Assembly (NCBI GenBank): GCA_963770205.1
Contig: CAVYOS010000032.1
Coordinates: 23,432-87,431, forward strand
DNA length: 64,000 nt
Reading direction: 5' to 3'
Source: an uncultured Alphaproteobacteria bacterium
GTDB lineage: Bacteria; Pseudomonadota; Alphaproteobacteria; Rhizobiales; Aestuariivirgaceae
Shown piece after piece: positions 56,616-64,000 of this stretch. Each line of letters opens with the position of its first letter. The stretch's first letter is position 1. Under the pieces are notes generated by a model. That model was not told the DNA's origin. It did no database searches and saw only the letters and a program-made list of their open reading frames with translations. The position numbers and the translations under genes were made by a program.

Positions 56616-57005
56616 GTGATCGTGAGAACGCTCGACCAGATAATCGGCACCCCCCGTCATGTATCGGGCGAAGGTTGGGAAAGTCGAAGAATTTTGCTGC
56701 GTTCAGATCGCATGGGCTTTTCCCTTCACGATACCGTCGTAAAGGAGGGCACCGAACAGCGGCTGCATTACAAGCATCACCTGGAAGCGAATTATTGCAT
56801 TTCCGGCCGGGGCGAGGTGGTCGATGTGAAAACCGGCAAAACCCATCCAATTGTTCCGGGCACGCTCTACGCGCTCGACGAGCACGATGAACACATCCTT
56901 CGGGCGATATCGGGAGATTTGCGGCTGGTGTGCATATTCAATCCGCCCCTGACCGGCCAGGAGAAGCATCAGCCGGACGGCAGCTACGCAGCGCCCGCGG
57001 ATTAA
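56616..57005 (+). CDS. ectC: Ectoine synthase family (EctC-type cupin), solitary
   Basis: MIVRTLDQIIGT.R.V....WESRR.LL..DGMGFS.H.T.......T...YK.HLEA.YCI.G.GEV pattern; 129 aa. GTG start has an AGGAGA Shine-Dalgarno 8 nt upstream. No ectA or ectB is present in the window. Confidence 0.8.
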   Translation: MIVRTLDQIIGTPRHVSGEGWESRRILLRSDRMGFSLHDTVVKEGTEQRLHYKHHLEANYCISGRGEVVDVKTGKTHPIVPGTLYALDEHDEHILRAISGDLRLVCIFNPPLTGQEKHQPDGSYAAPAD

Positions 57006-57082
57006 GGCCAAATCCGCCGGGCTTGGCGAAACTGTTCCCTCGCGATAGGCTGGATTCTCCAGGAAGACCGGAGGGACGTGCA

Positions 57083-57739
57083 ATGCCGGGTTACCGCATC
57101 CTGGTCGCGGATGACCATCCGCTGTTCCGGGACGCCATGAAACAGGCGCTCGCCGGCGTCGTCGGCCAACACCTGATCGACGAGGCCGGCAGCCTCGACA
57201 CCGCAATTGCCGCAATCGAAAAGAATGGCGAACCCGACCTGATTCTGCTCGATCTGAAAATGCCGGGCGCCCAGGGGCTGTCGGGACTGATCTACCTCAG
57301 ATCCCAATATCCGGGCGTTCCGGTGGTGATTGTTTCAGCAAGCGACGAGCCGCAGATGATCAGGCGGGCCATTGGCCTTGGCGCCTCGGGCTATATTCCC
57401 AAATCGACGCCGGTTACCACAATATGCCGAGCGATCACGGGCATATTGCGCGGCGATGTGTGGGTACCGGACGACCTTTGCTTCCCGGCCGATCCCGACT
57501 CCGTAGCCGATGATCTTGCCCGCCGTCTTGCCGCGCTGACCCCGCAGCAGGTGCGGGTGCTCATGATGCTGCGTGAGGGTCTTCTGAACAAGCAGATCGC
57601 CTTCCACCTCGGCATCTCCGAGGCCACGATCAAGCAGCATGTCTCGGCGATCCTGCAGAAGCTCAATGTCGACAGCCGGACCCAAGCCGTGATTGCTGCC
57701 AGCCGCATCGACGGCGTGGCGGCGAATGGCGCTCCTTAA
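57083..57739 (+). CDS. LuxR/FixJ-family response regulator (CrbR/ErdR-like)
   Basis: Receiver domain (ILVADDHPLFRDAM, LILLDLKMPG) plus LuxR HTH (LTPQQVRVLMMLREGLLNKQIAFHLGISEATIKQH). It is tail-to-tail with the hybrid kinase gene. Confidence 0.85.
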   Translation: MPGYRILVADDHPLFRDAMKQALAGVVGQHLIDEAGSLDTAIAAIEKNGEPDLILLDLKMPGAQGLSGLIYLRSQYPGVPVVIVSASDEPQMIRRAIGLGASGYIPKSTPVTTICRAITGILRGDVWVPDDLCFPADPDSVADDLARRLAALTPQQVRVLMMLREGLLNKQIAFHLGISEATIKQHVSAILQKLNVDSRTQAVIAASRIDGVAANGAP

Positions 57740-57741
57740 GG

Positions 57742-60700
57742 TTACTCGGCCGCTTCCATCCGTGCCAGCGCATGGCTCATCGCGGCACGCAGCGAGGCGG
57801 GCTTGATCGGTTTTTTCATATGCACGACCTGTTTGCGCCGCGCTGCCTGAACAACACCTGCCGACCTGTCGGCGGTGATCAGCAGGGCCGGCACCTCTCG
57901 CTCCATGAGCTTCCTCAAATGTTCTATCAGGGAGAGTCCGTCGTCTTCGCCGAGATGATAATCGGCAATGACGATGTCGAAACGGTTCTCTGCCCTTGCA
58001 CTGATTGCGAGTGCTTCCGCTGCGGAACAGGCCGTGTGAACCACGCAGCCCCAGCCCTCGAGCAGTGTTCTCATGCCGCTGAGGATGGCGGGCTCGTTGT
58101 CCACCACAAGCGCGCGGCAGTGTCCGAGCGTCGGCACGCGCGCAGTGAGGCGGGCGCGAACGCGGGCCCCCTCGGCCGATGCCGGGGCCGAAGGAACCAC
58201 GATCGAGATCGTTGTGCCGCGGCCGGGCGTCGATCGGACGGTTAGATCATGCTGCAGCATCTGGGCAATGCGTTCGACGATCGACAATCCCAGGCCGAGC
58301 CCCGGAATGTTCGATTTATGAGCATCCAGCCGTTCGAACTCGCGAAAGATCACTGCGAGTTTTTCCTCAGGGATGCCGCGGCCGCTGTCATGCACCTCGA
58401 TGGCCACTTCCTTGCCCCGTCTGCGGCACCCGATCACAATTCCTCCTGCCGCGGTATATTTGATCGCATTGGACAAGAGGTTTTGCAGCACCCGGCGAAG
58501 GAGCCGCCGGTCGGTGGCGACATTCAAGCCGCAGTGGACCTTCCTCAATCTCAGGCCTTTTTCACGGGCCGCAGGCTCATGTTCGAGAGCCAGTGTCTCG
58601 ATCAGCTCGCCGATCGCAAAACTGGATACCTCGGGTTTGAGCGCGCCGGCATCGAGCCGTGAGATATCCAGGAGTGTTGTGAGAATCTCTTCGACCGCCT
58701 CCAGCGATGAATCGAGATTGCGCACCAGCTGGCTGTCGTTGCCGGTCCTTTGCCGTGCCACGAGGCTCGATGCGAACAGCCGCGCGGCATTGAGGGGCTG
58801 CAGAATGTCGTGGCTCGCAGCAGCGATGAAGCGGGTTTTGCCGAGATTGGCTTCATCGGCCTGCGCCTTTGCCCGCGACAGCTCGTCATTGACGCGCGTG
58901 AGCTCCGCCGTACGTTCTGCTACCCGCGCTTCCAAAGCCTCTGCGGCAAGGGCGCGTTCCGTTACATCCGCGAATGTCACCGCCACCCCCGCATCGGGCA
59001 TTCGCGCCGAATGCACTTCCACGATTCGCAAAGGCTCGTTGAAGCGCTCCTGGTAAGGCTGCTGGTGGATGGCAATTCGCCGAACCTTTTCCTCGATGGC
59101 CGAGAGCGCCGCGCCGGGCGATTGGCAGCGCGATTCGATTGCCTCGATGACTTCATGCAGCGGCGCGCCCACCCGTTCCAGCTCGGCAGGCAGCTCGAGT
59201 ATCGCCGCGAACTGCTGGTTCCAGCAAATGAGCTTCAAATTCTTGTCGAACACCGCGATCCCCTGCTTCACATGGTCGATGGCGGATTGCAGAAGGTCGC
59301 GATTGTACTGAATGGCCGCCGAGGCATCGTCGAGCAGCCTCACCGCGCCGCGCATCTTCGGCGCACCTCGTTCGATGAGCAGCCACATGATCAGCCGCGA
59401 TGAGGCCGCGCCCACCGCACTCGCCAAGAGATGCTCGGCGAAGCGCAGGCTCCGCACGTCGGCTCCGGCCGATGCCTCGATCGCTTGTCCCCGCGCCTCG
59501 CTATGCTCCTTGAACGACTTGCGGGCCCGCTCTGCGCCGAGATAGCGGGCGACCGTCGCTTCGAGTTCGCCCATGGTCACGGTCGAGCGCCACATCCGGT
59601 AGCTTGGATGTGCCGGACTGCTGTCATGGGAGATGAACATGCTTGCCTGCACCTGTTCGGCGGTCGTCGGTTGCCGCCACAGCGAGACCCCCGCCATGGC
59701 CAGGCAATTGATGCCGAGGCTCCATAAGGCGCCATGCGTCAGGGGATCGAGATCGAAGCCGAACAGCCGCCTCGGCCTCAGGAGGTCGAGGCCCCAGAGC
59801 CCCTCTGTGAAGGTCGCGCCGAGCCAGCCTGCATCCGCGAAAGAGGGCAGGAACAGCGTATAGGCCCACAGCGCGAAGCCCGCTGTGATCCCGGCCATGG
59901 CTCCTGCTGCCGTGGCCCGCCGCCAGAACAAGCCGCCGAAGAACGCCGGGGCGAATTGCGCAATGGCGGCAAAGGAAATAAGGCCGATCTGCGCCAGCGC
60001 CGCGCTGTTGCCGATGGCTTCGTAATAAATGAAGGCGAGCGCCAGGATGCCGCCGATCGCCGCTCGCCGAATGGTGATCAGCGTGCGCCCCATGTCGCCC
60101 GCCGGTCCCGAACCCGCCTGCCGGTGCAGGATGATCGGCAGTACGACATTGTTGCACAGCATGATCGACAGTGCGACGGCTTCGACGATCACCATCGCGG
60201 TTGCCGCCGAGAGGCCCCCGATGAACGCCAGGAGCGCGAACAGCTTCGAGCCCGCCGCCACCGGAAGGGCAAGCACGAAACTGTCGGCATCGACGCCCGA
60301 GGCTCCGAATGTCAGAAGGCCTGCGGCTGCGATCGGCACGACGAAGATGTTGATGGCCACGAGATAGGCGGGAAACAGCCAGGCTGCCCGTTTCACATCG
60401 GCGATTTGATGGTTTTCGACGACGGTCACGTGGAATTGCCGGGGCAGGAGCACGATGGCGGTCATCGACAGAACGATCATGACGCTCCATCGCGCCCAAT
60501 CGACGTTTCCGGAAAACACCTGCGCAACATCGGGCCGCTCCGCAATCCGGTCGAGCATGGCGCCGGCACCTCCCATGAGCGAGAAGGTGACGAATGTCCC
60601 GACGAACAGAAAAGCGAACAGTTTCACGACCGATTCGACCGCGATCGCCAGGATCATTCCATGCTGGTGTTCCGTCGTGTCGATATGCCGTGTGCCGAAA

Positions 60701-61230
60701 AGCGAGGCGAATACGGCAAGCGCGGCCGCTACCAGCAGCGCCAGATAGTCGGCGGGCCCGATCGTCTGCATCAGGTCGAGCCGCGGCACCGGCAGCATCG
60801 TCTGCAAGGCAAGCGCGATCGCCTTGAGCTGCAGGGAAATATAGGGAATGACGCCGACAACCGCGATGACCGCGACCAAAGCCCCGAGCGACTGGTTCTT
60901 GCCATACCGGGCCGAAATGAAATCGGCGATCGAGGTGATGTTGTGCCTTTTCGATATGGCGACGATCCGCTGCAGCAGCGGCCAGCCCAGCGTAAACACC
61001 AGGATGGGGCCGATATAGATGGGCAGGAAGGCGAACCCCGATTGCGCCGACAGGCCCACGCTGCCGAAGAATGTCCAGGACGTGCAATACACGCCGAGGG
61101 AAAGTGCATAGATCAGGGCCGCATGCCTTCGCTGCACGCGTCTCAGTGCCAGCCGGTCGCCATAGCTCGCGATGGCGAACAACAAGCCGAGATAGCCCAA
61201 TGCGATAAGGACGATGGAGCCCTGGAACAT
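57742..61230 (-). CDS. Hybrid sensor histidine kinase with an N-terminal sodium:solute-symporter-like domain (CrbS/MxtR-like)
   Basis: About 500 aa of SSS-like multi-TM domain, a PAS region, H-box AAASHDILQPLNA, an HATPase domain (DSGRGIP, GLGLGLSIV) and a C-terminal receiver (ALVVDNEPAIL...ADYHL). Confidence 0.85.
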   Translation of the reverse strand: MFQGSIVLIALGYLGLLFAIASYGDRLALRRVQRRHAALIYALSLGVYCTSWTFFGSVGLSAQSGFAFLPIYIGPILVFTLGWPLLQRIVAISKRHNITSIADFISARYGKNQSLGALVAVIAVVGVIPYISLQLKAIALALQTMLPVPRLDLMQTIGPADYLALLVAAALAVFASLFGTRHIDTTEHQHGMILAIAVESVVKLFAFLFVGTFVTFSLMGGAGAMLDRIAERPDVAQVFSGNVDWARWSVMIVLSMTAIVLLPRQFHVTVVENHQIADVKRAAWLFPAYLVAINIFVVPIAAAGLLTFGASGVDADSFVLALPVAAGSKLFALLAFIGGLSAATAMVIVEAVALSIMLCNNVVLPIILHRQAGSGPAGDMGRTLITIRRAAIGGILALAFIYYEAIGNSAALAQIGLISFAAIAQFAPAFFGGLFWRRATAAGAMAGITAGFALWAYTLFLPSFADAGWLGATFTEGLWGLDLLRPRRLFGFDLDPLTHGALWSLGINCLAMAGVSLWRQPTTAEQVQASMFISHDSSPAHPSYRMWRSTVTMGELEATVARYLGAERARKSFKEHSEARGQAIEASAGADVRSLRFAEHLLASAVGAASSRLIMWLLIERGAPKMRGAVRLLDDASAAIQYNRDLLQSAIDHVKQGIAVFDKNLKLICWNQQFAAILELPAELERVGAPLHEVIEAIESRCQSPGAALSAIEEKVRRIAIHQQPYQERFNEPLRIVEVHSARMPDAGVAVTFADVTERALAAEALEARVAERTAELTRVNDELSRAKAQADEANLGKTRFIAAASHDILQPLNAARLFASSLVARQRTGNDSQLVRNLDSSLEAVEEILTTLLDISRLDAGALKPEVSSFAIGELIETLALEHEPAAREKGLRLRKVHCGLNVATDRRLLRRVLQNLLSNAIKYTAAGGIVIGCRRRGKEVAIEVHDSGRGIPEEKLAVIFREFERLDAHKSNIPGLGLGLSIVERIAQMLQHDLTVRSTPGRGTTISIVVPSAPASAEGARVRARLTARVPTLGHCRALVVDNEPAILSGMRTLLEGWGCVVHTACSAAEALAISARAENRFDIVIADYHLGEDDGLSLIEHLRKLMEREVPALLITADRSAGVVQAARRKQVVHMKKPIKPASLRAAMSHALARMEAAE

Positions 61231-61379
61231 GTCGTAGCCCGTCCGAATGAATAAGCTTAGCAGACCTCGCGGCGTTCATGCCAAGGGCCTGCGGCCGCTT
61301 GACAGGGCTTGAAAACTGCCGATTTTGCTGCTCAAGGCCGCCGGGCAATATCATGGCGGCGGGCCAGAGGAGTTACGAC

Positions 61380-61805
61380 ATGCGCATCTGGAAGGATTTC
61401 CGGGAATTTGCCTTGAAGGCCAATGCCTTCGACCTTGCCATTGCCGTGATCATCGGTCTTGCCTTCAGCAAGATCGTCGATTCCCTCGTCAACGACATTT
61501 TCATGCCGGTGATCGGCGCCATTACCGGTGGCCTCGACTTCTCCAATTACTTCCTGCCGCTTTCCTTCAACGTCACCGCCGACACACTGCCCGCCGCGCG
61601 CCAGCAGGGGGCCGTGCTGGCCTATGGCAATTTTCTCACCGTCCTGGTGAATTTCCTCATTGTCGCCTTCGTCCTGTTTCTCCTGGTCCGCGCTGTGACG
61701 AAGTTCAAGCGCAGGGAACCGGTGGCGGTCGCTACGCCGCCGCGCATCGAAGTGCTGCTGCAAGAAATTCGCGATCTCCTCGCCGGGCAGAAACGGTTGC
61801 AATGA
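61380..61805 (+). CDS. mscL: Large-conductance mechanosensitive channel MscL
   Basis: [39 protein letters not shown] closely parallels E. coli MscL. ATG 61380 has a GAGGAG Shine-Dalgarno. Confidence 0.93.
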   Translation: MRIWKDFREFALKANAFDLAIAVIIGLAFSKIVDSLVNDIFMPVIGAITGGLDFSNYFLPLSFNVTADTLPAARQQGAVLAYGNFLTVLVNFLIVAFVLFLLVRAVTKFKRREPVAVATPPRIEVLLQEIRDLLAGQKRLQ

Positions 61806-63028
61806 CCTCAACGATGCTGCAGTCCTCTCCAACCTCTGCCCCCGACATTCTGGGCAGCCTCAGGCCCTCCGTAGCCGCCGAGCCGCCGTCCGGCATCGTC
61901 GAGGTTTTTAACTATGCACAGTCGCGGCCCGAACTGGATGTCATCCCCCTGTGGGTGGGCCAGGGCCATCTCCCCACGCCCGGCTTTATCGCCGATGCGG
62001 CAATCGCCAGTTTGAGAGCCGGCGAGACCTTCTACACCTGGCAGCGCGGCATCCCCGAGCTTCGCGCCGCCTTGGCGCGTTATCATCAGCGCCTCTATCA
62101 CCGCGATTTCGATGTTGAGAATTTCTTCGTCTGCCAGGCCGGCATGCAAGCGGTCCAGCTTGCGATCCAGGCGCTGCTGGCGCCCGGCGATGAGATTGTG
62201 CTGCCCGCCCCGGCTTGGCCCAACTACGCCGCGCCTCTGCGCATGGCAGGCGTCCGACCTGTCGAAGTGGCCATGCATTTCGATGGCAAGCGCTGGCACC
62301 TCGATCTCGATCGCCTGTTCGAATCGGTGACGGCGGGCACCAGGGCATTGCTCATGAACACGCCGAGCAATCCGCTGGGCCGCGTGATGACGCGCGAGGA
62401 AATCACCGCGGTGCGCGATTTTGCCCGCAGCCGCGGGCTGTGGATCATCGCCGATGAGGTCTATGCACGATTTTATTTTCCTTCGGACGGCAGCAACACC
62501 GCTCTTCCGCCATCTTTTCTCGAGGTCTGCGATCCTGACGAACGGATCATCTTCTGCAACACCTTTTCCAAGAATTGGGCCATGACCGGCTGGCGCGTCG
62601 GATGGATGATTGCACCCAAGGCAATGGGCCAGGTCATTGAGAATCTCGTTCAATACAACACCTCCGGTACCACCACCTTTCTCCAGAAAGGCTGCCTCGC
62701 CGCGCTCGACCACGGTGAGCCGTTCGTCCATGCCCAGGTGGAGCAGGCCCGGCTTGGCCGCGACATCGTGTGTGATACGCTCCGCCGCCTTCCAGGTGTC
62801 GATTTCGCTCTCCCCGAAGGCGCTTTTTATCTCTTCTTCCGCATAGCCGGCGAAGCCGATTCGGCTGCACTCGCGCATCGGCTCATCGATGAGGCCCGCG
62901 TTGGTCTGGCGCCGGGTTCGGCCTTCGGCACGGATGGCGAAGGCTTCCTGCGCCTGTGTTTTGCCCGCAAGCCCGAGCATTTGCAGGAGGCGATGCGCCG
63001 TCTCACCCGCTGGTTCGAAACGCGTTAG
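61802..63028 (+). CDS. PLP-dependent aminotransferase, class I/II (aspartate/aromatic-like)
   Basis: [22 protein letters not shown] (PLP-lysine region) and a C-terminal LRLCFA motif. ATG 61802 overlaps the mscL stop (ATGA). The upstream part of ORF 61325 is out-of-frame overlap with mscL. Confidence 0.88.
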   Translation: MTSTMLQSSPTSAPDILGSLRPSVAAEPPSGIVEVFNYAQSRPELDVIPLWVGQGHLPTPGFIADAAIASLRAGETFYTWQRGIPELRAALARYHQRLYHRDFDVENFFVCQAGMQAVQLAIQALLAPGDEIVLPAPAWPNYAAPLRMAGVRPVEVAMHFDGKRWHLDLDRLFESVTAGTRALLMNTPSNPLGRVMTREEITAVRDFARSRGLWIIADEVYARFYFPSDGSNTALPPSFLEVCDPDERIIFCNTFSKNWAMTGWRVGWMIAPKAMGQVIENLVQYNTSGTTTFLQKGCLAALDHGEPFVHAQVEQARLGRDIVCDTLRRLPGVDFALPEGAFYLFFRIAGEADSAALAHRLIDEARVGLAPGSAFGTDGEGFLRLCFARKPEHLQEAMRRLTRWFETR

Positions 63029-63879
63029 GCGCGCGTCCGCCGTGCCAGGATTCGCGCCCCCCCGAGGACGCCGCGTTCGAAAAGCCCGGCAACGGTCGCA
63101 TAGAAATCATCAAGGCCGTCGGTGATGGCCTCCCCGTGGATCTTCAGATTGCGGTTGCGGTTCTCACGAAACGCCTGAAGCCGGTCGGCGGTGAAATCTC
63201 TCCAGCTCTCCGTCATGTCATCGAAACCTTCGATTTCGAATCCCGCCTCGCGCAGGTGCTTTTGATAGGTCTCGGCATCGGGAAGATAGGGGCACAGCAC
63301 TTTGACTTCTAGAGAATGCCGTTCCTCTGCGCTCGGCACCTGCCGCAGAACGAAATCCTCGATGTACATCGACCCATCGGGTTTGAGCGATTGGCGGCAG
63401 ACATCGAACAGCCTGTCGCGGTCCTCAATGTGCAGAAACACCAGAAACGACAAGATCGCATCAAAGGGCGAGCCTTGGGGTGCGCCATCGAGGATGTTTC
63501 CGCACCTCTGGCTGATGCGGCCCGCCAGGCCGCAGCGCCTCGTCAGGCTTTCCGCTGTCCGGTGAAGATCCGGCTGCAGCTCCAGAGCAAGCACATGCGC
63601 TCCCGTTCGCTGTGCCACATAGCGGGCAGGGCCGCCTATCCCCGATCCGATCTCCAGCACGCGCGAGCTGGCGCCGATGCCAAGTGCCTCGATCGCGTGA
63701 TCGACAGCGGACGTGCCGAGATAGTGATACTGGTCGAACGCGGTTAGATCTTCGACTTTCAGCGGGGCATCTGCTCCAAGCCCGAGCGCATTGAGCTCGT
63801 TGTCGATGCGCTCCACCTGGTCGTAGAGCTTCATCGTTTTCATGAATGCGGCTGAAGTGTCTTTTTTGCCTCTCTCCAT
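63025..63879 (-). CDS. Class I SAM-dependent methyltransferase
   Basis: Motif I VLEIGSGIGGPARYVA and post-I VLALELQ; 284 aa. Confidence 0.8.
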   Translation of the reverse strand: MERGKKDTSAAFMKTMKLYDQVERIDNELNALGLGADAPLKVEDLTAFDQYHYLGTSAVDHAIEALGIGASSRVLEIGSGIGGPARYVAQRTGAHVLALELQPDLHRTAESLTRRCGLAGRISQRCGNILDGAPQGSPFDAILSFLVFLHIEDRDRLFDVCRQSLKPDGSMYIEDFVLRQVPSAEERHSLEVKVLCPYLPDAETYQKHLREAGFEIEGFDDMTESWRDFTADRLQAFRENRNRNLKIHGEAITDGLDDFYATVAGLFERGVLGGARILARRTRA

Positions 63880-63886
63880 GCCAGTT

Positions 63887-64000
63887 CAGCTGACCGTTGC
63901 CGGAATCTCTCTCTCCCGCCGGGCGATGAAATCCTCGAGCGCTTCGAGTTTTCCCTGATCCAGCCGCGGCTCTTCATACGCGTCCAGCATGACGCGAGCC
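63887..64000 (-). CDS. 3' end of a gene continuing beyond the window; C-terminus resembles trimethylamine methyltransferase (MttB) family proteins
   Basis: The minus-strand frame reads ...ARVMLDAYEEPRLDQGKLEALEDFIARREREIPATVS*. Only 37 codons are visible, so the family assignment is tentative. Confidence 0.3.

Noticed and set aside
61325-61801. The N-terminal 159 aa of ORF 61325..63028 as part of the aminotransferase
   Set aside because: It overlaps mscL out of frame and is Arg/Pro/His-rich. The aminotransferase starts at ATG 61802, overlapping the mscL stop.

Overview
GC-rich alphaproteobacterial chromosome segment with Hyphomicrobiales/Rhizobiales hallmarks: gcrA, podJ, class I LysRS, the phoR-pstSCAB-phoU-phoB order and argD-argF-hslO. 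It is mostly core housekeeping, with about 58 protein-coding genes and one tRNA-Gly(CCC). Left to right: potFGHI polyamine importer; gap and rpe; a minus-strand accessory operon (esterase, CocE/NonD hydrolase, peptide-type ABC permeases and fused ATPase, FMN reductase) with no binding-protein gene; the complete Pho/Pst locus with a three-repeat Pho box; gcrA; argD-argF-hslO; argE; apaG; long-form dCTP deaminase; tRNA-Gly; a processive-type GT2 synthase; an amino-acid-type SBP; TerB plus a long DinG-like Fe-S helicase; lysK; a small membrane protein plus a secreted Trp/Tyr-rich protein with an in-frame 84-bp tandem repeat; psuG/psuK; an HTH-S24 repressor; DUF952-pyrD; a MATE pump; ligase-associated DEXH helicase plus PdeM; podJ with a CtrA box; a MerR-ACAD-thiolase-FadB beta-oxidation operon; pip; a solitary ectC; a CrbS/CrbR-like two-component pair; mscL; an aminotransferase; and a methyltransferase. 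I found no CRISPR array, transposase, integrase, restriction-modification, toxin-antitoxin or recognisable defence module, so I cannot point to a clear-cut novel system. The strongest unusual signal is eight single-nucleotide frame disruptions in otherwise well-conserved genes: pstC, pstA (twice), pyrD, a fused ABC ATPase, the CocE/NonD hydrolase, the DEXH helicase and an acyl-CoA dehydrogenase. These are either assembly indel errors or real, recent pseudogenisation. Secondary leads are the SBP-less hydrolase/ABC operon, an unexplained structured 466-nt convergent spacer with REP-like hairpins and a possible 25-aa peptide, an orphan ectC next to the CrbS/R-like pair, and cell-cycle regulatory sites near podJ and gcrA. 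All functional calls rest on motif-level recognition of the translated ORFs; no database search was possible.
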